A DNA stretch of 63,100 nt, the filler included, from Malassezia furfur (taxonomy: Eukaryota), in the NCBI GenBank assembly GCA_052055015.1. It is 9 parts of 9 records of this genome, joined end to end, with 100 filler letters (N's around TTAATTAATTAA, not from the genome) between each part and the next. Parts side by side here need not be neighbours in the genome. Positions count along the whole stretch, not along the records: positions 7,159 to 14,180 come from JBQJIT010000515.1; positions 14,281 to 21,221 come from JBQJIT010000516.1; 7 more parts are not named here. The stretch is one strand, 5' to 3'. How positions within the stretch are numbered: the stretch's first letter is position 1; every line of letters begins with the position of its first letter. Positions 10,135 to 21,321 of this stretch are shown here, one piece after another. The notes beneath the pieces are model-generated. The model saw only the letters and a list, made by a program, of their open reading frames with translations, was not told where the DNA came from and did no database searches. The position numbers were made by a program, and so were the translations under genes.

Positions 10135-10983
10135 ATGGCCGCGACCGCGACCGCGACCGCGACGCTCGGCCCGCTGCGCACGACGATCGTCGTCGCGGCG
10201 AGCATGCACAACGGCATCGGCGTCTCGGGCACGCTGCCGTGGCGCCTGCCGAAGGACATGGCATACTTCCGCGCCGCGACGAGCCACGTCGTCGACACGC
10301 CGCACGACGACGCGGCCATGGCCGCCGCGGGGTACGCGCGCCGCGCGGACGTGCGCGTCAAAAACGCCGTGATCATGGGGCGCCATACGTGGGACAGTAT
10401 CCCGCCGCGCTTCCGCCCGCTCACCGACCGCATCAACGTCGTCGTGAGTACGACCATGTCGGACGCCGACCTGGACCTCGGCGCGCCGGACCCCGACACG
10501 GTCGTCGTGCCGTCGTTCGAGAACGCCGTTGCACTCCTGCAGCAGCGGCGCCTCGCGCGGTACGTCGAGGGGAGCGGCGGCGCCGCGCTGGGGCACGCGT
10601 TTGTGATTGGCGGCGCGGCACTGTACCGCTACGTGCTGACGCACACGAGCGCCGACTGGACGCTCGATAGCCTGCTGGTGACGCGCATCTTTGCGCCGAT
10701 CGAGCCGTACGACGCGTGCGACGTGTTCTTGGCCGAGTTCCGCACGCCGAAGCAGCGCGCGTGGGAGGCCCAAGTCGCCGAAGAGTGCCTGTGCGCGCTG
10801 CCGACCGACGAGCGCGTGTGTGCCGACGAGGTGGACGACGCGGCCGTGTGGCGGCAGGCACCCGCGCACGAGCACCGCGCGTTTTTCGCGGACGCCGCGC
10901 ACGCCGCGCGTGTGTGCCAGCTGCTGGACGACAAGAGCAATGCGATCCAGTTTCAGTTGTGGCGCCGGCGGCACACAGCATAG
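10135..10983 (+). CDS. DFR1: Dihydrofolate reductase with insertions
   Basis: GIGVSGTLPWRLPKDMAYF, NAVIMGRHTWDSIPPRFRPLTDRINVVVS, FVIGGAALY. Confidence 0.93.
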   Translation: MAATATATATLGPLRTTIVVAASMHNGIGVSGTLPWRLPKDMAYFRAATSHVVDTPHDDAAMAAAGYARRADVRVKNAVIMGRHTWDSIPPRFRPLTDRINVVVSTTMSDADLDLGAPDPDTVVVPSFENAVALLQQRRLARYVEGSGGAALGHAFVIGGAALYRYVLTHTSADWTLDSLLVTRIFAPIEPYDACDVFLAEFRTPKQRAWEAQVAEECLCALPTDERVCADEVDDAAVWRQAPAHEHRAFFADAAHAARVCQLLDDKSNAIQFQLWRRRHTA

Positions 10984-11156
10984 GGCGGGGTGGCCGTGGC
11001 GTGCGCCACGGTAGCCTGGGTAGACTGTACGATCTATGGACGAGGTAGAGAAGGGTGCCGCGGCGGCGGGCGCCAGGTCGCCTTGCGCCGCCTCACACGA
11101 GCCACGTACATTTCTTCGATGGCGAAATTCGCGCGAATTCTTCGTGTGGAGGCACC

Positions 11157-12104
11157 ATGGAAGACCCCCGTACGGACGCCGCGAGCGTGCGCTCTGACGC
11201 CGCGCCCGCCGGCGTGCCAAGTGCTGAGCCGAGTGCCACGGCGCAGGGCACGGACGCGCCCGCGCCCGCTGCCCCCGCCGAGCGCTCGCGCGAGCAGGCC
11301 AAGCAATGGAAGAAAGAGCGCAAGTTGCAGGCGCAGCAGAAAAAGCAGGCGCCGGCCGCGCCGGCTGCGCCGGCGGCCGCCAAGCCCAAGCCGAACCGCC
11401 CGCCGCGCGATGCATCGCCTGCCGTGCAGCTGTCCAAGGCGTTTGCGTACATGCTGCGGCACGGCGCCGAGAAAGAGTTTTTGGCGATCCGCCCCGACGG
11501 CTACATCCGGGTGGATGCGATCCTGGCGCGCCCCAAGCTGCAAAAGATTGCGATGCCCGCCGAGGACGGCACGACACGCGCGCCGAACGCCGACGATGTG
11601 CGCGAGATGGTGCGTGCGAGCGACAAGCAGCGCTTTGCGCTTGCGAGCGGGACGGCCGAGGCGCCCGAGGGCGCTGGCGACGTGCTGTGGGTGCGTGCGG
11701 TGCAGGGCCACTCGCTCGCGAGCGTGACGGAGCTGGACCTGACGCCGCTCACGCGTGCGAATGTGGGCGAGCACCTGTCGGAGGTGGACGGGTACCACTA
11801 TGCGATCCACGGGACGACGGTGGAGGCGTGGTCGGCGATCGTCGCGAGCGGCGCGCTCAAGACCATGGGCCGCAACCACATCCACCTTGCGCGCGGCCTG
11901 CCGGGTGCGTCGGGCGTGATCAGCGGCATGCGCGCCACGAGCACGCGGCTGGTGTGGGTGGACGTGGACCGTGCGCTGTGCGACGGCGTGCCGTTCTTTG
12001 TGTCGGCGAACGGGGTGGTGCTGACGAGCGGGCGGGACGGCGCGCTGCCGCTGAGCTATGTGCGTGTGGTGCGGGACGAGCGTGGGGTACAGGTATGGCC
12101 GTAG
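11157..12104 (+). CDS. TPT1: tRNA 2'-phosphotransferase
   Basis: LSKAFAYMLRHGA, DKQRF, VRAVQGHS, IHGT, MGRNHIHLA, SANGVVLT. Confidence 0.93.
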   Translation: MEDPRTDAASVRSDAAPAGVPSAEPSATAQGTDAPAPAAPAERSREQAKQWKKERKLQAQQKKQAPAAPAAPAAAKPKPNRPPRDASPAVQLSKAFAYMLRHGAEKEFLAIRPDGYIRVDAILARPKLQKIAMPAEDGTTRAPNADDVREMVRASDKQRFALASGTAEAPEGAGDVLWVRAVQGHSLASVTELDLTPLTRANVGEHLSEVDGYHYAIHGTTVEAWSAIVASGALKTMGRNHIHLARGLPGASGVISGMRATSTRLVWVDVDRALCDGVPFFVSANGVVLTSGRDGALPLSYVRVVRDERGVQVWP

Positions 12105-12107
12105 CGA

Positions 12108-13318
12108 CTACACGAGGATCATGGGCTGTTCGGTGAGCACGAACGGGTACACCTCCTGCTCGAGCAGGTTGGCGAACTCGCCCGGCGTCTCCTGCGTGGC
12201 GGGCGCGTCGTGCTTGGCGCTGCGCTCCTTGCCGAGGTACTCGTCGAGGTACGCGTACTCGCTCACGAGCGACTTGAGCAGCTGCTTGATGCGCCGTGCG
12301 TTCGGCCGAAGGATCGACACGGCGTAGTTGGGCGGGAGGCCGAAGCGCAGGACGCTCTCGATAAAGGTGCGCACGGCGCGGTAGTGGATCAGGGCCTGGA
12401 ACGCCTCGCCAAAGTTGACGCGCGCGAGGCGCACGAGCTCCGTCCAGAGCTCCTTCTCCGAGGCGCCGGCCTCGTCGAGCTCGCGGCGCTCGCGCTCGAG
12501 CTGCTCCTCGTCGTAGGTAAAGTCGCGCACCTGGAACTTGTTCTCGCGCGCCTTTTGGATGAACTGCTGCTCGACCTTCTTGAAGACGGTGACGTTGAAC
12601 AGGGCGTACTCGTCGTCCTGCGCGAGCTCCGAGGAGGAGCGCGGGACGACCATCGGCGTGAGGCGCTCGTACTTGTCGAGCCACGTCGCCTTCTGCGTCT
12701 TGGGCACGACGACGAGGAGCGTCACGAGGAAGTCGGAGCGCGCGTCCACGACGTCGTCCTTGTGCACGATGTCGGCCAGGGAGCACATGGACAGGTTGCC
12801 GCTGGGTGAGAGGAGGAGACGTACTGCTTCTTGCGCTCGAGCTGCTGGAGCTGCCCCTTGGCGAGGTTGTAGTTGTTGATCTTCTGCTTCATGATGTTGT
12901 CGACGGTCTGCATCTCGCGCGTGAACGCCTCGATGAGGTCCGGCAGTGCGCGGTCCGCGCGGTACTTGCTGGCGTTCCAGTGCCAGTGGAGCAGATAGTC
13001 GTCGACGCCCTCGTCCTCGACGACCATGTGCTCGTTCATCGCCTGGACGTCGTCGTTGAAGAGCGAGTGCAGCGCGTCGACGATGCGGTTGACGACCGAC
13101 TCAAAGAAGGCGTCGGTGCGCGGCAGGTCCTCGGACAGCGAAATGAGCGTCTCGAGGGTGCCCGTCTTGAGCGCGGGGAGCGGCATTGGCGCGATATCGG
13201 CGGCCTCCAGCGCCCCGTCACGCACGAGGCGCTGTGCGAGGTCCTGCTGCATCTGCTCCGCGCTCTTCTCCTCCTGCACGGGCGCACTCACGATCCAGTA
13301 GCTCGTGTCGGACGGCAT
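12108..13318 (-). CDS. VMA5: V-ATPase subunit C; intron 12802-12824
   Basis: LKTGTLETLISLSEDL, WNASKY, YERLTPMVVPRSS, FIESVLRFGLPP. Confidence 0.95.
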
Positions 13319-13366
13319 TGCGATGGCCGTGCGTGCCGACCCGGCGGGTGGCCACGTGGCTTTTCG

Positions 13367-14180
13367 ATGAACTCGATCCGCGATATCCAGCGGCGCAACG
13401 AGCAGGAGCTCGAGCTGGGGCTCGTCGGGTCGGGCTCGTGGCACGAGCAGTACAAGGGTGCGTGCGCGCCGCTGACACAGACTCGGCGTACATCTATGTG
13501 GGCGGCCTGCCGTACGACGTGACCGAGGGCGACGTGATCACGATCTTCTCGCAGTTTGGCGAGGTGGTCAACATCCACCTGCCGCGTCCGCGCGACGACG
13601 CGCCGCGCGACGACCGCGCGCGCAGGCGCCCGCACGATGACGACGACGCCGAGCGCAAGCCCAAGCACCGCGGCTTCGGCTTCCTCATGTACGAGGACCA
13701 GCGGTCGACGATCCTCGCCGTCGACAACCTGAACGGCGCGCAGGTGCTCGGCCGCACGCTGCGGGTCGACCATGTGCTCAACTACAAGCCGGAGCGCGTG
13801 CCGGACGCGGACGGCAACCTCGTCGAGCCGGACGAGCAGACGTTCAACTGTGCGCCGCCCGAGACGATCGTCGATGGTATGTGGACGTGGCTGACGCAGA
13901 CGACGCCGCCGCCGACGACGACGAGATCGACCTGTCGGATCCGATGGCCGCGTACTTGGCCGAAGAAAAGAAGCGCAAGCGCCACGAGCGCCACGAGCAC
14001 CACCGCCGGCGCAAGGAGCGTCGCGGCGACGAGCGGCGGAGCGAGCGCCGAGACGACGAGCGGCATAGCGAGCGCCGCGACGACGAGCGGCATCGCACGC
14101 GCCGCGGCGAGACGGACCGCGAGCGGCACGAGCGGCACAAGCGCGAGCGCCGCGAGCGGCATGCGCGGCGACGTGAGGTA
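13367..14180 (+). CDS. IST3: RES complex RRM protein Ist3/Snu17 (RBMX2), 3' end at contig edge; introns 13458-13480, 13877-13899
   Basis: [35 protein letters not shown]...YEDQRSTILAVDNLNGAQVLGRTLRVDHV; R/E/H-rich tail. Confidence 0.93.
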
Positions 14181-14280
14181 NNNNNNNNNNNNNNNNNNNN
14201 NNNNNNNNNNNNNNNNNNNNNNNNTTAATTAATTAANNNNNNNNNNNNNNNNNNNNNNNNNNNNNNNNNNNNNNNNNNNN
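14181..14280. other. Artificial contig spacer
   Basis: N run with TTAATTAATTAA. Confidence 0.99.
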
Positions 14281-15125
14281 GGCGCGCCCGGCGCGCCGTA
14301 CAGCAGCGTCTGCGCGTGCGATGGCGTGCGGTCCAGCGGCAGTGCCGGCGCGTTCGGCACTGCCTGGTGGCCACCGAGCGCGCGCAGTGCGACACGGAGC
14401 GTGTCGTTGTCGCGCTTGAGGATTTCAATGGTCTCCAGCGCGTCATTCAGGCGCCGCCGGTGCTCCTCGGCAGCGAGCAGCGCATTCTCAAGCGAGGCGG
14501 CCTTCGCCTCGAGGTCGGCAATGTATTTGTTCTTGCGCTCGCGGAACACGCGCTGAGCGTTGCGGTTCTGCTCCGCGCGGCGGCTTGTGCTGAGCGTGCG
14601 CGTCATGCCCGTCTTCCCGCGCGCACCAACAAGCCCGGTGGACTCCGAGGTGATCTGCTTCTCCGCGGGGGGCGGCGGGGGCGGCGCCATGCGCGCGTTC
14701 TCGTCCACGACGCCCTCGCCATAGTTCCCGACCCCGTGGGCGGCCGGGTCGAACGGCGAGTCACCGTGGCCGAGATGCATGCCGTTCTGGTCCAGGCCAT
14801 GCGCGCCGTACGGCGACGGCTGGTTCGCGCCCGCGTGCGGATCGTGTGGCGCGCCGTACGCGGGCGGCGGCGCGGTAGGCCACGAGAGCGCCTGGGCATC
14901 GACCGGCTGCCCGTGCTCGTTGTCCATGCGGACCTGCTTGTTAGGCCGGCCCGAGTCGCCCATATCGCGCCCACGCGTCTTGCCCTGGCGCGATCCATCA
15001 TGCGCGCCCCCGCGCGCGTCGTTCATGTCGCCCTCGTGACGCGACGCGGCCTGGGCGAGCTGCATCACGGCGCCGAGCGCCTCGTCGGCCAAAGGAGGGG
15101 GTGGCGTAGGCGATGTTTGGTCCAT
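14281..15125 (-). CDS. Yap-like bZIP transcription factor (3'-partial); probable 5'UTR intron 15127-15177
   Basis: STSRRAEQNRNAQRVFRERKNKYIADLE basic region followed by a heptad zipper. Confidence 0.85.
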
Positions 15126-15422
15126 ACTGTCGTGTCAGTACCGGTCCAGGCGCGTCGCGCACCACGCCCGTGCATACCACGCGGCGCGGCGCGTAGCACG
15201 CGTTCCCCAATACACACCTCGACGTGTTCGTGAGGGGCCAATTTGCTAAGGATGACAAAACTCGGCGGTGGTACGGAAAGAGCAGGCGGGCCGGCGCGGC
15301 GGCGCGCTTTGTCGGCCGACGAATGCCGCGCGGACGTCCACGGCCGAAACGGTGCGCGGGCCCCCGGTGGAGGTGGTTGCCACACGCCGTGGGGTGCCTC
15401 GCTGTGTGTGTGTGCTGCATGG

Positions 15423-16856
15423 ATGCCGCCGCCCAGCGCCATGGCCTCGCCTGCGCCCAGCGTGGCAGATGAGCCCGACTTGCTCATGCTGCTGCTCCCG
15501 TTGCTTGTGCTGCTATGCGCGCTCGTGCTCATGGTGCTCACGCCGTTCCTGTTCTGCATCGTGTTCCGCCTGCGCGGCAGCATCGCGCTCGCCGATCGCG
15601 ACGGGCCCGTGAACATCGCATACGAGGAGCAGCGGGAGTCGCGCGGAGCACGCGTTGCTGCACAGCAGCGATGGGTCGACCATATTGACGACGCGACGCG
15701 CATGGGCTATGAGCGCGCCGTGCAGTGGTCGATCCAGCACCCACCGGCCTCGCCACGCGACACCGACATCACCATGCCGCAGTTCCTCGGCATCCAAGAA
15801 AAGGGCGTGAGTGCGTGGAGCTTTGATGCTGCCTACGAGTCCAACATCGGCGCGATCGTCTCAGCGCGCACCGAAATTCAGTTCTTTGCCGACAGCCCTG
15901 GGATGGCCCCTAGCGAGGGCGGTGCGTGCACGATGCAGACCAATCTGCCCGTGCCCAAAATGAACGAGGTATACTATTGGGAGGCCAAGATGTTCTCCAA
16001 ACCTGCGTCGACCGCCATTGCCGTCGGGCTGGCCACCAAGCCCTATCCGCCGTTCCGTTTCCCGGGACTGTGCAAGCATTCGGTTGGCTATTTTTCCGAG
16101 GACGGGTTCAAGTGCTACAACCACCCATTCAATGCACACTCTTACGGGCCACCGTATGTCCAAGGCGACGTTGTCGGCGTCGGATACCGCCCGCGTACCG
16201 GCACCGTTTTCTTTACACGCAACGGACGGCGTATGGAGGAGGCGTACATTGGGATGCTCGGCCACAATGTGTTTCCCACCGTCGCCGCCGACGGCGCCGC
16301 CGAAGTGCATGTCAACTTTGGCCAGGCCGGATTCGTGCTGATCGAGGCCAACGTCAAGCGCTGGGGGCTTGCGCCCATGGTCGGTACTCTGGCACCGCCG
16401 CCGGCTTACGGCCAGGACAAGGATAGCATCCTCATTGAGACGGGCTACGAGCCGCGACACGAGCCCAATGCAACGCCAGGATCGAGCCGCGCGGGCGACG
16501 TACCCGGTGCACCGGCGCCGCTGCCGCGTGTCCCGTCGTATGCGGCATCCGTCGGCGCGTCCAGCCAACACAACGAGTGGCAGCATGGCCCTGCCCACGG
16601 CATCCGCCTCGACACGCTCGGTCGCCCCGCCGAGAGTCCGCCGCCGTATGCGCCCGGTGCCCCTGCTTGTGCATCCTCGTCGCGTGCCGACGGCGCGGGG
16701 CCAACGCCGGCACCGGCGCGACGGCAGTCGCCCGCGCCGCCGACGCGCAGCGTATGGAGCGCCATGCGTGGCTGGATTGCGCAGTGGACCAGCAACTCCG
16801 AGCCGCAGCGCGATGCTGCTTTGCCCACCGAGCTGGTGGGCGTGACGATCGAATAG
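15423..16856 (+). CDS. SSH4: Ssh4-like SPRY-domain membrane protein (Rsp5 adaptor)
   Basis: N-terminal TM, IQEKGVSAW, YYWEAKM, GLATKPYPPFRFPG, EANVKRWGLAPMVGTLAPPPAYG, PPxY motifs. Confidence 0.88.
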   Translation: MPPPSAMASPAPSVADEPDLLMLLLPLLVLLCALVLMVLTPFLFCIVFRLRGSIALADRDGPVNIAYEEQRESRGARVAAQQRWVDHIDDATRMGYERAVQWSIQHPPASPRDTDITMPQFLGIQEKGVSAWSFDAAYESNIGAIVSARTEIQFFADSPGMAPSEGGACTMQTNLPVPKMNEVYYWEAKMFSKPASTAIAVGLATKPYPPFRFPGLCKHSVGYFSEDGFKCYNHPFNAHSYGPPYVQGDVVGVGYRPRTGTVFFTRNGRRMEEAYIGMLGHNVFPTVAADGAAEVHVNFGQAGFVLIEANVKRWGLAPMVGTLAPPPAYGQDKDSILIETGYEPRHEPNATPGSSRAGDVPGAPAPLPRVPSYAASVGASSQHNEWQHGPAHGIRLDTLGRPAESPPPYAPGAPACASSSRADGAGPTPAPARRQSPAPPTRSVWSAMRGWIAQWTSNSEPQRDAALPTELVGVTIE

Positions 16857-16931
16857 GCACCCTCTTGTACAGTAGACGACACGACCTGCTTCGCACACCT
16901 CCACCGTGTTGTTCCCCTTGGGCTGCTCCAC

Positions 16932-18736
16932 ATGCCCGCCTATCCGGAGGCGGGGGACGCGGCGCGTCGCCGCCGCTCGCGGACCGAGAGCGCGTCGCGG
17001 TGGGACGTATCAGACGATACGGGCAAGCACATGCATGTACCCTTCCCGGTGCATGGGACGCCGCGCCCATGGGAACAGTATACGCTCGTGCGGCGCCTGG
17101 GCCGCGGGAGTTTTGGGCAGGTGTATGAAGCGATGCACGTCCCGAGCGCAACCGTCGTCGCCGTGAAGCAGATCCACCTCGAATCATCCACAGACGACGA
17201 TGCACATGCGACACAGGCGCAGGATCTCTCAGAAATTCAGCGCGAGATCACGAGCCTTGCTCAGTGTGCGTCGTGCGAACGCGTGACGCGCTACTATGGG
17301 AGCTTTGTGAAGCAATACACACTGTGGGTCGTGATGGAGCTCATGGACGCTGGATCATGCCTGGCGCTGCTGCGCCGCGTCGGGCCGCTCGCCGAGCCTG
17401 TGGTCGCGGTGATATGCCGCGAACTCGTGCTGGGCCTGGAATACTTGCATGACCACGGCATCATCCATCGCGACATTAAGGCGGCGAATGTACTCCTATC
17501 GCACCGCGGGCAAGTCAAACTTGGTATGTTACCTGCTGACCCTCAGCCGACTTTGGTGTCGCTGCGCAGCTCCTCCATCGTGGGTCGCGGCGCAATACGC
17601 TCGTGGGCACGCCGTACTGGATGGCGCCCGAGGTGATCAAGCAGTCGCACTACGACGCGCGCGCTGACATTTGGTCGCTCGGTATCACCGCGCTTGAGCT
17701 TGCTACTGGCCATCCGCCGCTGTCGTCCTATCACCCGATGCGCGCGTTGTTCCTCATCCCCAAGGCGAACGCGCCTCAGGTCGATACCAGCGACGGGAAA
17801 CACACGGCGGCATTTGCGCGTTTTGTTGAAATGTGTCTTGCCAAGCGCCCCGAGGACCGCGCGACGGCACACACTCTGCGCAGCACGGCCTTTCTCGAAC
17901 ACGCCGGCGGCCTGGATCTCGTGCGCGCGCTGCTGGGCGAGCGCCGCGACGCGTCCGATGACACCCGCGACGCGCTGCCCAGCGACACGCTCGACAACTC
18001 TCTGCTGGACACAACCAACGTGTCCGAGTGGGTGTTTGACATTTCGGGCGAGGTCGCGGGCGGGCTCGGCGTGAACGTCACGACCGATGTGCTGCCTGCA
18101 GCCGCGGCGCTCGCTGACGCCGTGCAACCCGAGGGGCGCGACGCGCGCGCGGCACTGAGTGCCGCCGTGGCGGCGCCCGAGCCGCCGGTTGCCACACGAG
18201 TACCGCCCCCGGCCGACGCGGTGCTGCTGGGCTCTCCGGCGCCCATCAGTGCACCGCAGACGCCTGCGATCGCTGCGACGCCCGCCACGCCGTCCGAGCA
18301 GCCGACAACGGCGCGGCCGACGACGCCGCACACACCGGCATCGCCTCCAGGTGCACCAGCGCGTACGCCTGCGACGCCGCATGGCTCGCCGCGGCGCACG
18401 CCGCGCGCACCGACGTCGCCGCGTCTACGGCGTGCCGAGGCGGCGCAAACGCGCGTCCAGGCGGCGCTCGAGCAGCTTGCGTACCAGGCGGGCCAGGACG
18501 CGGGTGCCGCCGATACGCCGACGACGCAACTGTACCAGCTGCATGGGCTGTTGAGCCACATGGGGCGCCAAAATCCCGAGTACTTGGAGCAGTTTGTCGA
18601 CCTGCTGTGTGCGCCGCGCATGCCGACGCGTGCGCCGGCGGCTGCGTCGCGGCTGGCCGGCTTGCTGTACGACCGGTGGCTCGAGGGTCTGCGTGCGCGA
18701 TGGCAGGTGCTCGATACGGGCGCGGGCCCTACATAG
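16932..18736 (+). CDS. STE20/GCK-family Ser/Thr kinase, Sid1-like; intron 17524-17546
   Basis: LGRGSFGQVY, VAVK, HRDIKAAN, spliced LADFG, GTPYWMAPEVI; C-terminal LLYDRWLEGLRARW. Confidence 0.85.
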
Positions 18737-18756
18737 TGTACATCACCCCTGAAACG

Positions 18757-20255
18757 CTATTCACACAATTGGCCCAGCAGGGCGGCCGGGTCGACCACAT
18801 CGAAGAACTCGTCTTTGTGCCGGTGGGTCGGGTTCGGGTGCGCGTGATGGTGGTGGTGGTGCGTGCCGGACTGGTAGTGCTGGGCGAGTGCCTGGCCGAG
18901 CGCCGTGCTGGGGTGTGGCCGGCGCACTTCTACCGCAAGGTCCTCGTGGTGCGCCATCGCCTCGGCAATGGCCGGGCGGTCGAGCATGCGCAGCGGCGCG
19001 AGCTGGTCGAGTAGCACGCGGTTGCGCACCGAGTCGCGCTGGTTCTGCAGCTGCTGCCGCATGCGCATCGTCGCATCTGCACTGGGATCACTCGGTGGTG
19101 GCGGCGCGGCCGAGTCGGCAAGCTTTGCCGTGGCACACGCCTGGGCGTACCGTGCGAGGGCCTCTTCGGGTGCCCACGACACGCCCCCGGGGCCCGCGGG
19201 CGCAGGCGCCGCGGGATCGTCGAGGTCTGGCGCAAGTAGACGCTCGAGCGCGCCCTGTCCCAGCGGCTCGACCACGACGTGCGGCGACAGGTCGAGCAGC
19301 GCGGCCATATCCGGCATCTTGAGCCGCCCAAATGTCGATGTGCCCGCGTCGCCCCGTGATGGACCGCGCACACGCGCGAGGGCACTGCTGATAATGTTGC
19401 GTAGGTGGTCTTCGAGCGCAGCAAGCACCACGGCCGCGGCCTGGACATGCACGCCCTCGGCGAGGCCGGCCTCGACGGCGGTGAACGTCATGCGGTCCTG
19501 AAGGGTATGTACGTCGGGCAGCTCGTGCATCTCGATGCAGTGCGGCACCATAACCCCGCGCGCAAACGTCTCCTGCATCGTGTTGGAGAGGCGGGCGCGG
19601 ATGGTATCGGTCTGCATGGCGCTTTGCACCGCGTGCGCCCGCCAGGACACGGCGCCGATCGCCGACTTGGCCTCGCGCGTGCGGCGCCGCTCCTCGACGG
19701 CCTTGCGCTTCTCGTCCTCCTTGCGTTTCTTCTCGAGCAGCTCGGCGCCCGCGCCGGCCCACACGGTCGCGGCGGTGTGTACACCACTCTGGCTGCCGGT
19801 CGGCAACTGCTGCAGCCGCGCGCGCTCGCGCTGAGACAGACCCGCGTACATGTGCCGCAGGCGCTTGCTGCTCCGTGAATCGATGCCATTCACGGGTGGC
19901 TCATGCTCGAGGTCCTCGTCGTCGTCCGTATCGAGCATCGATACGTCGCGCACACGGATCGGCGAGGTGGGCGCTGCCGCCAGCGCGTTGTGTAAGGGGA
20001 CTGCGTTAGTCGCTGCCACGCGCACAGCCTGCACGTACCATACTCGTCGGGCAGCCATGGCTCGACGCGCGCCGCAAACTCCGCACGATCGATCGCCGCG
20101 GTACAGAAATCCCCGAGCGCGGCCCAGTAGTCGGTCGCATGGTCGCCCAGCACCGAAAGGAGCCGCGCCTTGATTGCACGCGTGTCTCCCAGCTCGTCGG
20201 CCGCGACACTCGCGCGCGTGGACGCGGGCGTGCCTCGGCCCGCGGTCTCCGCCAT
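18757..20255 (-). CDS. HFI1: SAGA subunit Ada1/Hfi1 (Tad1); intron 20001-20038
   Basis: N-terminal YWAALGDF...IDRAEF...PLHNAL; ELPDVHTLQDRMTFTAVEAGL...ALEDHLRNIISS histone-fold region. Confidence 0.75.
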
Positions 20256-20310
20256 TGCGGGGGATGGGAAGAAGCGACAGGTCGGTCATGTGACTATGGC
20301 GCGGCGCGCG

Positions 20311-21221
20311 CTACGCACGGCCACTGTTGGACAGGAGGTGCTCGAGGGCGCGCTCGGTGCGGTAGCCGCACCGCTCCAGCGCACGCACTACCTGTGTGCG
20401 CGAGAAGCCCATCTGGCACAGCTGGCGCACGGGGCCCACGTCGTCGGGCAGCGCGGGCGACGGCGCACGCACCTGGCTCGCGGGCGCCGCCTCCGCGGGC
20501 GGGTACGAGGGCGGCGGCGACGTGGTTGACGGCTTGGCCGCGTCCGTGGGCGCCGCACCCGCGGCGGACGGCAGGCTCGGTGCGCTGCCCGTCGACGCCG
20601 ACGTCGGCGACCCAATCACCACGGGCGGACGCCCACTCATCGCGCCGTACGCATCGCCCTGCATGGGGTCCTGCGCCTTGCGCGCCCCGGGCAGGTCGGT
20701 GGGGTCCGCACGCGGCGCCATCGTCGTGCTCGACAGGTACGACAGCGGGCTCGCAAAGTGCGAGCCGCCGACGGGTGCCGGCGCCGGGGCAGGGCCCGAC
20801 GTGCGCGCGGGTGCCGGCACGGGCACAGGCACAGGCACGGGCTGGGCGCTGGGCGCGGTGCTACTGCTCGTCGTCGCGCCGCTCGCGCTGCGCTGCGGCA
20901 GCGGAGGTGCGTTCGAGGCGGAGGCAAGCGGCGCCGCACTGCTCTTGGGCGTGGTCGGCGCAAACGACGTGCTAAAGTTGTCCTCAAACGAGTCAAAGGT
21001 GTCCGCATAGGGCGATGCGCTCGTGGTGTTGGCACTCGGCGTGCCTTGCACGACGTGCGCCAGGCCGAGGTTCGCAAACGCCGAGTCAAAGTCGTCCAGG
21101 CCCGACGGCGTCTTGGTGCTCGCCTGCGCACCGGCCAACGTCGTGGGACCCGGCGTGGCTGCGGGCGTCGACGCCACCGTCGCCGACGTCGACCAGGACG
21201 TCGGAGCACGCTCGACGGGCT
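20311..21221 (-). CDS. C-terminal fragment of an Ede1/Eps15-like endocytic scaffold with UBA domain
   Basis: DDFDSAFANL, DTFDSFEDNF low-complexity region then DDVGPVRQLCQMGFSRTQVVRALERCGY UBA. Confidence 0.65.
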
Positions 21222-21321
21222 NNNNNNNNNNNNNNNNNNNNNNNNNNNNNNNNNNNNNNNNNNNNTTAATTAATTAANNNNNNNNNNNNNNNNNNNNNNN
21301 NNNNNNNNNNNNNNNNNNNNN
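21222..21321. other. Artificial contig spacer
   Basis: N run with TTAATTAATTAA. Confidence 0.99.

Noticed and set aside
13975..14180. Repeated GAGCGCCGC/GACGACGAGCGG units
   Set aside because: Coding low-complexity R/E/D/H tail of Ist3/RBMX2, not a repeat array or CRISPR
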